Shown: positions 41,031 through 56,939, numbered from the stretch's first letter. The stretch is DNA of 64,000 nucleotides from Octopus vulgaris (GCA_951406725.2 OX597814.1:113646001-113710000); one strand, 5' to 3'. Numbers and translations are program-made. The notes: generated from the letters alone by a model not told the origin.

Positions 41031-41187
41031 ATGTATGTGTATTAATGTATAGAAATGCACATACACATGCGCGCACACGGATATTACATATATATATATA
41101 AATTTATAATATACACATATATATATGTCTTTATACGTATGTATATGTATGTGTGTGTATGTATGCATATGCATGTGTGCATACATA

Positions 41188-41270
<83 letters not shown>

Positions 41271-41380
41271 GTGTATCTATCTATATATATATATATATAT
41301 ATATCTGTGTATCTATATATATATATGTATATGTATATATATATTTCTGTGTATATATATATGTATATATCTGTACTGTA

Positions 41381-41451
<71 letters not shown>

Positions 41452-41659
41452 GTATATGTATATGTATGTACGTGCCTGAATTGTTGAAAGTAAATACTCA
41501 TGCCAAACATCTCTTCAGTTGTGTATAAAGAAGGAACTTTCCAGAAATTAGCCATTGCTGCCATTTAGATAAACATCTTGAACAAACTTTAGCGAGTCCG
41601 ATAGAGAATGTAATGCTTTAAGACAGACGTAATTATCTTGAAACGATCGCACCAACATT

Positions 41660-41768
41660 AATAATAATGATGATGATGATGATGATGATGATGGTGATGG
41701 TGGTGGTGGTGGTGGTGGTGGTGGCGGCGGCGGCGACGACGACGACGACGACAACAACAACAACAATA
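41660..41768 (+). repeat. Compound trinucleotide microsatellite AAT-GAT-GGT-GGC-GAC-AAC-AAT
   Basis: Read directly from the sequence. Confidence 0.95.
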
Positions 41769-44700
41769 AATTCTTTCTACCATTGGCAGGAGCCCTGAAA
41801 TTTGTCGGGAAGTTGGCTAATCGATTACATCGATACTAGTACCTTTCTTTCGCATATATCTATTTGATTTTGTAAATGAACAATCTGGTATGTTTAATTA
41901 AATGCCTACCAACGTATAGAGTGAGATTCTTTGCCCTAGATGTCGAGAAGACATTCGGCAAGAAATGGAAAACAGAAGGAGGAAGAAAAAATATGACTCT
42001 CATGGCTTTTGATCTTAACTGATTGGAAGTGTTTTCATGTACATTGTTTTGTCTTGCTATAAAAGATGGGCTACAGCAAATATTCTGCTCAATACCACAG
42101 ATTTGCTTGTCAGTTGTTTGACTATAATTAGTTGAGCATGTCCCTTAGTGGCTGACAATAAGTGCATCTCTGATCACGATCAGATAGTGGCGGAGCATCA
42201 TAGCCATGTGTCGAGAGTTTGAATAATTCACCTCTGGAAACATGAGTGTTTCGTTCATCATCCTTAAACAAATATTATTTGGGGATCTTTTGGGCTACTC
42301 AATCTGAAAAAGCTGTAACTGGGTCCCACCTGCAAGATCATGCGCTGTTTATCTTGATATGAGATTACCATGTCGCGCACACATGGTTGTGACGCATGTG
42401 CCTAGTGTACACTTATCAGACGAGTCGTCATGAGGGGTATATTTGGCTTCATATTATTGTACCCAAGTGTCACTTTGATGGCATGCGCTGCTCTATCGCT
42501 CAATAATAATAATAATAATAATAATAATTTTCTTATGGCTTCTTAAACATTCTCTAGAACAACACTTTGTACAAAGCCAAATATAGAGCACCCTAGGCAT
42601 AACACCAACATGAACTTCTAATTTCAAATTTTGGCACAAGGCCAGCAAGTTCAAGGGAGGTGGATAGTCGATTACATCGTCCCCATTACTCAAATTTGTA
42701 CTTATTTTATCGAACCCGAAAGGATGAAAATTCAAAATCGACCATGCAGGAATTCGTGTTCAGAACATAAAGCAATTTTCCCGGTGTGCTAACGACTCCG
42801 CCAACACGCTGCGACACGTAGTAGTAGTAGTAGTAGTAGTAGAATAGTGGTTTCAAATTTTGCCACAAGGGCAGCAATTTTGGGGGAAGGATGAGTCAAT
42901 TACATTGATCCTCAGTATTCCACTGGTACTTAAGTTATCGACCCCGAAAGGATGAAATGATAAATTCGATATCGGCGAAGTTTGAACTCAGAACGGGTGA
43001 AATACTACTAAGCGTTTCGCCTGGCATGCTAACGATTCCGCCAGCTCGCCGCCTTCGTATAATAATGATGATAATAATAATTTCTACTCTAAGCACAAGG
43101 CCTTGAAATTTTTGGGGGAAGGGGGCTGGTCTATTATAGTGACCCCGGTGCGTAACTGGTACTTATTTACCCGACTCTGAAAGGATGAAAGGCAAAGTTG
43201 AAGTCTGCGGAATTTGAACTCAGAATGTAGCGGCAGACGATATATCTATTTCTTTACTACCTACAAGGGGCTAAGCACAGAGAGGACAAACAAGTACAGA
43301 CAAACCGATTAAGTCGATTATATCGACACCAGTGCGTAACTGGTACTTATTTAATCGACCCCGAAAGGATGAAAGGCAAAGTCGACCTGGGCGGAATTTG
43401 AACTCAGAACGTAACGGCAGACGAAACACCGTTAAGCATTTCGCCCGGCGTGCCATTTAATAATAATAATTATTATATTTAGGTCTGCCGTTAAAAACTG
43501 TTGTTCGGCCGCTGATTCGACTAATTTCATCCTCCTTCTGTCATACGTACGTACATAAATACATGAAGACATACATGCACGCACGGTGGGTTCTCCTATC
43601 GCACACGACATGTGAGGCTTCCTTAACATAGTATGTTCATTTCGATCTTGTGCCAAGACAAGTTTACAGCAACTGAAGATCGTACTGAGCTCCCAGCACG
43701 CTCAGTTACAAAGAGGGTTTCTACATTAGCTCACTCTCGCCACCAAGTCGACATTGCATATACGGGTGCACTGTGTGCCAGACGGCAGATGCCAAAGTGA
43801 TTGCAAACCAAATTGAGAATATTAACCTTCATACATACAACGTGAATGGGAAATAAAATAAAGTAAAATAAAATGCTGGTAATCCGTCGGTTACGACGAC
43901 GAGCGTTTCAGTTAACCCAATCAACGGAACAGCCTGCTCGTGAACCTGACATTCAAATGGCTGAGTACTCCACAGACACGTGTACCCTTTGCATAGTTTT
44001 CAAGGAGATTCAGTGTGACACAGAATATGACAAGGCTGGCTCTTTGAATTTCAGGTACGACTCATTTTTGCCAGGTGAGTGCAATGGTGCAATGTGAAAT
44101 AAAGTGTCTCGCTCTAGGACACAACGCATCTTCGCGCGTAAACGCATACGTACGTTTGTATGTGTGTGTGTGTGTGTGAAAGAGACTTTTTAGGGCGAAA
44201 CACAAGCTAAAACTAAAGGAATATAAAGAACATTAGTTTACGACACTACCTCTTTCTATAGAATGCCACAAGGAAACTAAGACAGTAACCACGGAAGCAT
44301 TATCAACAGCAAAATACGAGGCAAAAAAATTCAACACATTGCTGTATCGCATGTGGAAAATAAGCAGATATTAACAGTGAAACAGTTGTAAATACGATAG
44401 TAGCGATTTGTATCAGTAACAATATCATTGACGAGTGGCAACCGTGAATATTTGACGGAATTAATAGTAAATTTATTGGGTTATTTCTGAAAACTTAATC
44501 TAAATAACCTGAAAGTGTAGCCTGTGTTGAGTCTGTAGGAAAAGATAATTGCTCATCTGCGACTCATTGAAAAGTGAAGGAAATTGAAATACGATGATTA
44601 CTTAATGCACTTTATGCACAATTTTAGAGACTTAATACACAACACTCTCACTCTTCACCTTACCCTTTTTTCTCTTTCCTTTTTCTCTCGCTCTTCGCTT

Positions 44701-45829
44701 TTCCCTTCAACTTATCGCGTGGAAGTGTTACATATGGGCTAAGTAATAGAGGAAAAGAACTTAAAAGAAAAACCATTACACATTTCACTCACCGCCATTT
44801 CTCTCTCGCACCCTTCCTCTCATTCCATCTCTTCGCCTCCATTCCCCCCCTTCCTCCTCTCCTCCTCCTCCTCCTCAGCTGATCACTCGGAAGCGTTACT
44901 GACGGCCTAAGTAACAGAGTGACAAAACACAATTATAAGATGCTGTTTATTATATAACACGGCAACAACATGCTACAATCATTACTTCGTAGAAAGATGA
45001 GACCGCGAAACTTTCCAAACGCATACGAACATAGGAATGTTATACTTTCTGAGCTAAAAAGAATATTGAAAAATATATAAAAATACTAATAGTTGTGTTT
45101 TCGATATTAAATGTGTGAAGCCTTTCCTCATTATATATACATATACGCATACTTACGTATACACACGCAGACACACACACAAACACGTATAAGTACGTAT
45201 TTATACAAACGTGTATATATATATAAGTACGTATATTTATATATATGTATATATATATACATACATGGACACACACAAACATATATATTTGTACATATGT
45301 GTGTATAAATATATGTATGTATATACATACACACATACATATATATATATATATGTATATATATTTACATATATATAGATGTATATATGTATATACATAT
45401 ATATATATACATACATACAGATATATTATATATATATGTATATACATGTATGTTGCATCGCATAAATACGATATAAGAAGAAGGAAGTAAAAAATGAAGA
45501 CGACTGTTTATATTTTCGTTTATTTTTGTGCTTTGACGCGTTTGAAAGAATCAGTTTTACGAACGAACACCGTCGTCTACAACTCTGGCGGGGGATGGGT
45601 GCCTATGACTCTCGGCTTCCTCTTTTCTCACCAACAAACCTACAATAGAACTGTTAGTCTAGGGTGGCGGGGCTGGTGGAGTGGTGGTGGTGGTGTTGCT
45701 CTGTTAGAAGTAGGAGAGTTGTACTGGCCAAATCTGACAGTTACTTCCGTTGATATCATTTTACTATAGATTTCTAATAATAAAAACAACAGTAATAATA
45801 ATAATGATAATAATAATAATAATAATAAT

Positions 45830-46335
45830 GATTGGAAGTGTTATCATGTACATTGTTTTGTCTTGGTATAAAAGATGGGCTACAGCAAATATTCTGCTCA
45901 ATACCACAGATTTGCTTGTCAGTTGTTTGACCTTAACCAGTTGAGCATGTCTCTTAGTGGCTGACGATATGTGCATCTCTGATCACGAGCAGAAGTAGTG
46001 GGGGAGCATCATAGCCATGTGTTGAGAGGGATTCTTTGGGGTTTGAATAATTCACCTCTGGAAACATGGGTGGTTCTTTCAACATCCTTAAACAACCCTT
46101 ATTCAGGGACCTTTTGAGCGGGATGGGCTACTCAACCTGAAGAAAATTCTAACTGGGCTCCACCTGCAAGGTCATGTGCTGTTTATCTTGATATGAGATC
46201 ACCATGTCGCGCACATATGGTTGTGATGCATGTGCCTGGTGTACCCTTATCAGACGGGTAGTCATGATGGGTATATTGAGCTTCGTATATTTTACCCCAG
46301 TGTCACTTTGATGGCATGCACTGCTCTCTCACTCA
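45830..46335 (+). mobile_element. Family A retroelement 3' region ending in (AAT)n; copies at about 25170-25560, 30280-30740, 42020-42502 and 47885-48222
   Basis: Five copies share the 3' end CACTTTGATGGCATGC(A/G)CTGCTCTCTCACTC(AAT)n with variable 5' truncation. Confidence 0.8.
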
Positions 46336-46351
46336 ATAATAATAATAATAA

Positions 46352-47634
46352 TTCAGATACAGAACGACTTTATCTGCCAAGAAAAGAGGGAGGCCGTGGT
46401 CTTTTGCAACTGGCAATAACAATGAAAATTGCTACAATTGAGCTAGACACCTACCTGAAAAAGTCTGAGGACGGGATGTTAAAACTTGTCTCAAAACATG
46501 AAAACAAGAACGCATCATACTCAGTAACAAAACAGGCAAAGGAATATCTAAGTGAATTCCGAATACAACCAATTTCGGAATTAGAGATAGACATACAAGA
46601 AACAAGCACAGAAAAAGCTAGGCGCATGAAAACCCGTGCCAAAACTGCGGCCTTAGATATTCTGAATAATAAATGGCAAGAAAAACCTCTCTATGGCAAA
46701 TACCCAAAGAGAGCGAATAATGCAGATATTGACAAAGCCCTGACCCATCAATGGCTAATGGCCTCTGGCTTAAAATCTGAAACAGAAGGGTTTATCATAG
46801 CAGCTCAAGATCAATGCCTACCAACAAGAAACTACCAGTCCAACATATTAAAGAACGGCAGTAGCCCAACATGTCGTGTATGCCGACAACAAAATGAGAC
46901 CATTGATCATGTTGTCTCCAAATGCAGTCTTCTAGCGCCTACAGAGTACCTCAACAGGCATGATAGAGCTGCACAATATATTCACTGGGTAATTTGCAAA
47001 ACCCTGGATTTGCCCCATGAAAAAAACTGGTGGGAACACAATCCACCTCCAGTGCTTGAAAATGACCACATCTCACTCCTCTGGAACTTCACCATCCAAA
47101 CTGACAGAAAGATAGATGCAAATAGGCCAGACATCATATTGAAAGACTTCAAACAAAGAACATGCCTCCTCATTGATATGACTGTCCCAATCGATATAAA
47201 CTTGTCTGTCAAGACCTACCAAAAACTGAGCAAATATAAAGATCTTGAAATAGAAATCAGCAAAATGTGGAACCTGAAGACTAAAACAATACCTGTCGTC
47301 ATAGGTGCCCTGGGAATGATAGCGTAAGGGGCTGATTGCTACCTAACTCAGATACCAGGAAACCCCAAAATGGCAGAAATTCAAAAGATAGTGCTCATGG
47401 GAACTGCTCATATCCTACGCAAAATACTCTCTATGTAATCCCAAGGTTTAAAACAAACATTTAAAAAAAAAATTTATGTATTAGACATTCACTAGTACAA
47501 CACCAAAATAAAAAACCCAAATATATGGCACACTAGGCATAACAACAACGTGAACTTCCAACCTGTTGTCTCTTGAGGTCTCTGGGTGAGACTTGGAGCC
47601 CACTTGTACAGACATAAAGCAAAAGTCAATCATA

Positions 47635-47635
<1 letters not shown>
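46352..47635 (+). mobile_element. 5'-truncated RLE non-LTR retrotransposon (R4/Dong-like), family B
   Basis: RLYLPRKEGGRGL, CRVC...ETIDHVVSKC (CCHC), RHD and NRPDII...LIDMTVP...K..KY.DL endonuclease. Premature TAA at 47325, natural stop at 47438; both ends lie in (AAT)n. Confidence 0.92.
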
Positions 47636-47684
<49 letters not shown>

Positions 47685-47766
47685 CTTGATGATGATTATT
47701 ATTATTATTATTAACCACAAGGGTTTGCATTAAGAAAAGCATTATAGACAGCAGAGGGCAAAACAA

Positions 47767-47884
<118 letters not shown>

Positions 47885-48338
47885 GTGGGGGAGCGTCATA
47901 GACGTGTGTTGAAAGGAATTCTTAGAGGTTTGGATAATTCACCTTTGGAAACATGGGTGGTTCGTTCAACATTCTTAAACAAACCTTATTTAGGGTCCTT
48001 TTGAGCGGGATGGGTTACTCAACCAGAATAAAATTCTAACTGGGCCCCACTTGCAAGGTCATGCGCTGTTTATCTTGATATGAGATCACCATGTCGCGCA
48101 CATATGGTTGTGATGCATGTGCCTAGTGAACCCTTATCAGATGGCTAGTCATGATGGGTATACTGGACTTCGTATATTTTACCCAAGTGTCACTTTAATG
48201 GCATGGACTGATCTCTCACTCAATAATAATAATAATAATAATAATAATGATGATGATAAATAATAATAATGATAATGATAATAATAATAAATAATAATAA
48301 TAATGATGATGATGATGATAATAATGATGATGATGATG

Positions 48339-48380
<42 letters not shown>

Positions 48381-48394
48381 GTGATGATGATTTC

Positions 48395-49265
48395 TTAATT
48401 AACTACAAGGGTTTACATGAAGAAAAACATTACGGACAGCACAGGAGAAAACGAAAAATGTGTGTGTATGTGTGGGTGGGTGTGTAGAGCTGAGGGTATT
48501 GCGTGTGCACAACACTAATAAAATAAAATAAAAAAGATCAACAATATTTAATCCTCAAAAGGGACGAGATGTTTGAGGGCTGGTCATGGAAAAACCTCAT
48601 AAAAACCATGGGTGCCCTGACTTTTGGGGAAGGTGCCTTTTTTCGTTTCCTTTCCTTTCTCCAACTATAGACGTATGCTGAGGGCAGGCCCATTCACTCG
48701 TACCATTTAAATAATAATAGGGCCGAATACCAAACATAGAGGACGATACATAGACAAGGGACAATGAGCTTAAACGTCTAAGCAGCCAACAAACATAACG
48801 ATTAACCAAGAGATTAAATCAACAACATGCTTCCTCAATAAGGGGGAGTTCCAACGTAAGGTGACCAAAGAGACCTCACGCGCCTTGGATCCCTTAGCAC
48901 CAACGGCTCCTCATGAAAGCACCCTCTCTTACCTCTTCCATCCGGCCTACAGGCGCACACTTAGAGTAGGCCCATTTACGCGGGCCATTCTTTCCACATT
49001 TACCCACCTTTCAACGAACTTACTGGGTGACAGTACTTCCCTCTCCAGCCTCACTTTTCTTTTCAGGTGGAACCTGAAAAAGTTAATGAGTTCTTGGCCA
49101 AAGACGAAGGTACCCGTCTACAACCCTTTCTATTGCGTCCACCACACAACCTCTTTTGCCATAGCCACCAGACAGAAAAATTGCTCTCCATTCCCAGTCA
49201 AAGGAAGGTGGCGGGGCGATCTTCATAATAAACTCAGGCGAGAGCCGTATCTGTCCTACACGTGA
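48395..49265 (-). mobile_element. L1/Tx1-like ORF2 C-terminus and 3' UTR fragment
   Basis: Minus-strand AMAKEVVWWT...LINFFRFHLKRKVRLEREVL...FVERWVNV; the 3' end carries CCCTTGTAG, related to the CCCTTGTGG tail motif. Confidence 0.6.
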
Positions 49266-50450
49266 CAATAATGCCTTAGGTGTCAGGAAGACAATCAGTA
49301 AGAAATGAAAACAGAACTTTCTACTTTTGGCACAAAGCCTGACATTTTTGGAGAGGGGCCTAGTCTATTACATCGACTCCAGTGTTTCACTAGTACTTAA
49401 TTTATCGATCCCGAAAGGATAAAAGACAAAGTCGACCTCGGCGGAATTTGAACTCAGAACTTTGCGGCGGACGAAACACCGCTAAGCATTTTGTCCAACG
49501 TGCTAACGACTCTGCCAGCTGGCAGTCCTACAACAACAACAATATTGGCACAAAGCTAGAAATTTGTGGGGAGAGGGAAGTCTGTCACATCGTTCCTATT
49601 TATCGCCCCCGAAAAGATGAAAATCGACCCCGGCGGCATTTTTAACTCAGAACATAAGGTCGGACGAAATGCCGCTAAGCATTTTGTCCGGCGTGATAAT
49701 GATTTTGCTACTTTGCCGCCGTTTGATAACCTCTCCTAATTTAGGTATAAATCCAATAATTTTGAGTGGAAGGTTTAATCGATGATATCGACCTTAGTTC
49801 TTGAAAGCCACTTTATTTTATCGACCCCGAAGGAAGAAAAGGCAAAGTTGATCGCGGCGTAAATTGAACTCATATATTGGAGATTCGTAACAAATCACGC
49901 AAATATTTGTTTCCGACACTGGTGGCCTTGCTTTACTTTACAAATGCCGATAGGATCGTATATTACAAATCCACGTTATAAAAACAAAATACAAAATTAC
50001 TTTAATATGTAGTGTAACTTCAAAGGCGGGAAGCTGGCAGAATCGTTAACACGTCGGGCAAAAATGCTTAGTGGAATTTTCTCCTTCACATTCTGAGTTC
50101 AAATCCTGCTGAGGTTCACATTATCGTTTATTCTTTCGGGGTCGATAAAATAAGTGCCAATTGAGTACTGGGGATCGAAGTAATCGTCTTACCTTTTCCC
50201 GGAAATTACTCGCCTTTTGCCAGAATTTGAAATTAAGGCTTTGGTTGGCCCAAGGCTACAGCAGAAGAAACTTGCCCAAGATGCTACGCAGTGGGACTGA
50301 ACCCGGAACCATTTGGTTGGGAAGCAAGCACATGGTTCCGGGTTCATTCTCACTGGGTGACACCTTGGGCAAGTGTCTTCTACTATAGCCTCGAGCCAAC
50401 CAAAGTTTTGTGAGTGGATTTGGTAGATGGAATCTGAAAGAAGCCCGTCG

Positions 50451-50505
<55 letters not shown>

Positions 50506-50725
50506 ATTTGTGTGTCTGTGTTTGTCCTCCCACCATCGATTGACAACTGATGTTGGTGGGTTTACGTACCCGTAACTTAGCGGTTCGGCAAAAGAGACCG
50601 ATAGAACAAGTACTAAGCTTACAAAAATAAGTCCTGGGGTCTATTTGTTCGACTAAAGGTGTTGCTCCAGCATGGCTGCAGTTAAATGACTGAAACAAGT
50701 AATAAAGCGTAATATGTAATATTAC

Positions 50726-50812
50726 GGGTATATGGCGTAGTGATTAAGAGCGCGGGCTACTAACCCCAAGATTCCGAGTTCGATTTTAGGCAGTGACCTG
50801 AATAAAAATAAA

Positions 50813-50847
<35 letters not shown>

Positions 50848-51010
50848 CAACATCGAAAATTATCTTAGGAATGAGAACCCAGGTTTGAAATTTCCCCAAG
50901 ACACCCGATGAAGGCTGGAGGGTATATCAGCCGAAACGTTGTGTTAATAACAAACAAGATGAGGGCAAATATTCGTCAAATGTAAATAATATAAATAATT
51001 TCTCATCTCT
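50726..51010 (+). mobile_element. Composite: tRNA-like head + (AAT)n + Penelope-type tail with hammerhead motif (50901-50944)
   Basis: Head TGGCGTAGTGATTAAGAGCGCGGGCTACTAACCCCAAGATTCCGAGTTCGATT, then ACAC-CCGATGA-A-GGCTG...CAGCC-GAAA-CGTT-GTGT. Confidence 0.65.
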
Positions 51011-52228
51011 ACTTTACCTTGTGTGGAATGTTATAAGCGTTTGTCCATGTATATCACACAGTAAGCTGGGCTGAGAATAACACCGGTTTCCGTCTTTTTT
51101 GCATTATCAAACCGTTTTGCTGTCACAACGATTGTATAGAATCTCGTGATTCCAGCCAGTTTATCGTCAGACATACATAGAAGCTATGAGAAGCATAGAG
51201 AAAATTAATGAGAATAGCTAAACCCGTAAACATAAACTCATAAATAATGTCTTGCCTCAGGAAAGACACGCACGCAACACTATCGCGTTTGTCTTGTATA
51301 AATCTGAAGAGAAGAGTACTTTGTGTCTATGAAACAGACAATTGTTTCACAATTCTTCACGAGTAATGGTAGAATTTAGAAGAAAGATAACTTGGCAATT
51401 CGGTATCGACTTACTGTAAACCTGTTTTAAAATTTTTTTTATATGTTGCTAATTCCTTGCCAAATATAATAACAGTAAAAATTGTCATTTTTCTATTCGC
51501 AAAAATCTCAAACTTCATGTAAAATTCTACGAAGTTGCTACTATTCTCATGATAATTATAAATGGAATGTTATAGATAACAAAGGAATTATTTTGTGATA
51601 GTAAAAATGCATAAGAAACCAAGGAAAAAATAAGTAAACACGTGAAAAAGGAAAGTGGTCTTCAGATGAAATAGATAAAGGAAGTAATACTGTAAACAGG
51701 AGCTATGAAATTTATAAATAACCACTTACGTATCTCACAAAATCTTTTAGTTTTAGCAAGAAAGGCACGTTCTCCTGTTCTGAAACCAATTTAAAAAGAA
51801 ATAAAATTCCCATTAAATTGGTAATTGAAGGGAAGTAGGGAAATCATAAGCAAGGGCAAAAGAAATAGAAAAAAAAAGGGTAAGTTTTGACTAAGGTATT
51901 AACGAATAGCGTCGGTTCACTCAAAATAGGACAGAGAAGCAAGCTGGAATGATTATCAGTAATTTGTTAATGACATGTATCAAGTCACGTGATATATCAC
52001 AGTTGCCATTGTGATTATGACTATGGTTACGTAGGGATTGTTTCATTGGCAGAGGGTCCAAAATTTTGTTGGAGGGCGCAGTCGATTAAATCGACCCCAG
52101 GACTTATTCTTTGTAATCCTAGTACTTATTCTATCGGTCTCTCTTGCCGAACCGCTATGTTACGGGGACGTAAACACACCAGCATCGGTTGTCAGGCGAT
52201 GTTTGGGGGACAAACACAGACACACAAA

Positions 52229-52326
<98 letters not shown>

Positions 52327-53689
52327 TACGACAGGCTTCTTTCAGTTTCCGTCTACCAAATCCACTCACAATGGTTTGGTTGGCCCGATGCTATAGTAGA
52401 AGACACTTGCCGAAGGTGCCACGCAGTGGGACTGAACTCGGAACCATGTGATTCGTAAGCAAGTTACTTACCACACAGCCACTCCTGCGCCTACGAAATT
52501 TTTTCCCTTCTTAGATTTAGCTTTGCCCCGCTCATGAGTAGTACCCTGTTTTTTTACGTTTAAAATCATGTATGAAATAGTGCGACTTATATACGAGTAA
52601 ATACGCTAATTTATCGAGCCCATGTATACAAAAGGTAAAGCCATTCTCAGAAACTAAGAAGATATAACACAATACCACTAATATTTGTTCACTCTAAGGC
52701 TGCCAGTTGGCAGAATCGTTAGCACGCCGGGCGAAATGCTTAGCGGTATTTCGTCTGTCTTTACGTTCTGAGTTCAAATTCCGCCGAGGTTGACTTTGCC
52801 TTTCATCCTTTCGGGGTCCATAAATTAAGTACTAGTTGCGTACTGGGGTCAATCTACTCGACTGGCCCCTTCCCCCAATATTTTGTGCCTTGTGCCTAGA
52901 GAAGAAAAGAGTGAATGCGTTGGCGAAGGCGGCAGAAACGTTAGCACGCCGGGCGAAATGCTTAGCGGTATTTCGTCTGCCGTTACGTTCAAATTCCGCT
53001 GTGGTCGACTTTGCCTTTCATCCTTTCGGGGTCGATTAAATAAGTACCAGTTACGCACTGGGGTCAATATAATCGACTTAATCCGTTTGTCCTCTCTGTG
53101 TTTAGCCCCTTGTGGGTAGTAAAGAAATAGGTATTTCGTCAGTCTTTACGTTCTGGGTTTAAATTCCGTTGGAGTCGACTTTGCCTTTCATCCTTTCGGG
53201 GTCGATAAATTAAGTACCAGTTGCATACTGGGGTCGATTTAATCGGCTGGCCTCTTCCCCCAAAATTTCGGGTCTTGTGCCTAGTGTAGAAACGAATATT
53301 TGTTCCCTCTGCTTTTTCTGCTTGAGCGCCACCCTAAAATTAATCGATTTATACCTTAATACACAGCGGCTACTTGGCGTTGCAATTATATATTTTGGCT
53401 CCTTATGTTATGAGTTCAAATCTCGGGGTAAATTTTTTCGTTCATCCTTCCAGGGTAAAACGAAGTAGTCATATAAAAGGATCGATGTAAGCGACGAGTC
53501 ACCTCTCCTCCAAATTGTTACTCTTCCCTCTAAATTGGAAACAGTAATTTCACCTGCTTCCCAACCACATGCTTCTTGGTTCAGTCCCGCTGCATGGCAT
53601 TTTGGACAAGTGTCTTCTACTATAGCCTCGGGCCGACCAAATCCTTTGGAGTGGGTTTGGTAGACGGAAATTGATAAAAGCTCGTCGAA

Positions 53690-53754
<65 letters not shown>

Positions 53755-54252
53755 CTATATGTATATATATGTATGTATATATATATAAATGTGTGTGTGT
53801 CTATGTTATTCCCCTACCAACACTTGACAACCGGTATTGGTGTGTTTATGTCCCCGTGACTTAGTGGTTTGGCAAAAGATAGCGATAGAATAAGTACCAG
53901 GCTTTGACCAGGGTCAATTCATTCGACTAAAAATTCTTCAAGCCGGTGTCCCAGCATGGCCGCAGTCTGATGACTGAAACAAGTAAAGTATAAAAGAAAT
54001 AGATTTTACCAATAAAATCACGATTCATTGTTACTTATAAAAGCAAAATATTGCTCGCTCTGTCGGTGGGGTTAAATTATAAAATACAAAATTCGGTCAA
54101 AGGGATTTTACCCGAATTCCCGGCTAACAATATTACATAATTAATTTTAGGTTGGCGGACTGGTAGAAACTGTTGTGGACAATTGCCTGGTGGTGTTTAG
54201 TTCAATATCAAGTATAATAATAACAACTTGGTTTGCTGTGAGGAAGAGAGAA

Positions 54253-54288
54253 GCCTAACATTTCGAGCATTGCCTCTTCATCAGAGAA
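54253..54288 (-). ncRNA. Minimal hammerhead ribozyme-like motif
   Basis: Minus strand CT-CTGATGA-A-GAG-GCAATG-CTC-GAAA-TGTT-AG; core intact. Confidence 0.55.
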
Positions 54289-54699
54289 ATTTGCTTATGT
54301 CAACATTTAGTGTGATATCATCATATAAACAGACAGTGAGTAATATACAAAGATCAAACTCGTACGAAATATTCTGAGCGAATTATTTATTATATAAGCA
54401 ACCAAGCCAGCCAACCAGCTAGCCAGCAAGCAAGATAGCCGGCCTGTATAGGATATACAATGAATAGAACCGTGTGAAATAATGAAGCAATGTCTGTAAT
54501 ATGAAGTCACAAAAGCTGTTTTTCTGCTGGAATCGTCTGCTTCACATTACCATACAACACACAGTCCCGCTCTCAACTGCATAAATCTTCTGTGAAACTT
54601 CCAACACCAGCGCCATATTGTAACCAATAGCTCCGCTAACGTCTGTCTACGCTTCTTTCTCATCCTCGTCATTATCATCTTTTATTTTGATGTAAGAAA

Positions 54700-55630
<931 letters not shown>

Positions 55631-56900
55631 TTTTGTTAACGGCATTGCAAAGGAGCATCTAGAAATTCTGCGAAACTATTTGGCCATTCTTACTAACTGG
55701 CAATTCTTTTCTTTCCATCCAGCCAGTCTACAATGGGTGCGTCAACGTGCTCGTTCGACATGCTAGAATTAGCAGTAGAATAGCCCTCAAATTGCATACA
55801 CGAGTGTTAAAGACAAAGGACGCATTGGATAATCGAGTTCCATGGAAAGTGTTTTAAGAAAACAAAACAAAAAAAACAAGAAAACAAGTTGGTCGTGGCT
55901 GGAGCGTCTGTAATTGTACGTCTGTCGAATCAGGGCTGAGCTGGGACTAAACAACAACAGCAACAACAACAACACTTTTGCCACAGAGAAATCCAAAATT
56001 ATTACTGAAGTCACGACAGAGAAGTCTGTTATGTGGCAGTTCTTGCTGCTTAACTTCCAGTAGATCATCAAGGACCTTCCATCCATGAACATCCTGTCTA
56101 TTATTCATATATGCTGAATCCAGAATTACATAATTCACATGTCCTTCTTTTTTACATGACGATAAGGTGTTTGCCTGTTGTTTCTAGCAGGTTTAGCCAA
56201 ATCTGTTTAAACAGTCACTCATAGGTTTGATGTCATCGTTGTTCAAGTATAGATTAATTTTAATCAAATAGACATATAATCAAATGAGTTCCAGTCGTGA
56301 CAATCTCATCTTGTATTCAAATGTAATTTAGAATTCTTTTCTCTCCCGTTTCAAAGATAGTAGCGTGTAATCTCGGGAGATTTGGCTGCTATTTCTAGCA
56401 GAGCTAACGGACATGTGGTAGCCTTGCTGTTGCCTCGTAGCGAAGCTAGTTACTATTGTCGTTGCTGTCGTTTTGCCCACCACACCGGTTTCAACCTGGT
56501 TTGGAAGCATTGAAATGTGTATTGTACGATAAAAAATCATAAGATGATATTTTTTCGATTGCATGTTTTTATAAGGGTGAGGTGTGATTTAAAGGAAACC
56601 CAGCTGTTAACTTTTGCAGATCAAGCCACCACATAGAGGCTTTCTTGATGGTTCGTAGTGAAGTTAGTTATTTTCTCATGTATATTTTTTGTCTTTCTTT
56701 ATTCTTTTATTTGTATCAGTCATTTGATTGCGGCCACGCTGGAGCACCGCTTTTAGTCGAACAAATCGACCCCAAGACTTTGTAAGTCTAGTAATTATTC
56801 CATCGGTCTCTTTTGCCGAACCGCTAAGTTGCGAGGACGTAAATACAGCAACACCGGTTGTCAAACGATGGTGGATGGACAAACACAGACACACAATCAT

Positions 56901-56939
<39 letters not shown>

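Noticed and set aside
46230-46351. N-terminus of the 365-aa ORF as a real start
   Set aside because: It comes from the family A tail plus (AAT)n fused in frame to a 5'-truncated RLE element.
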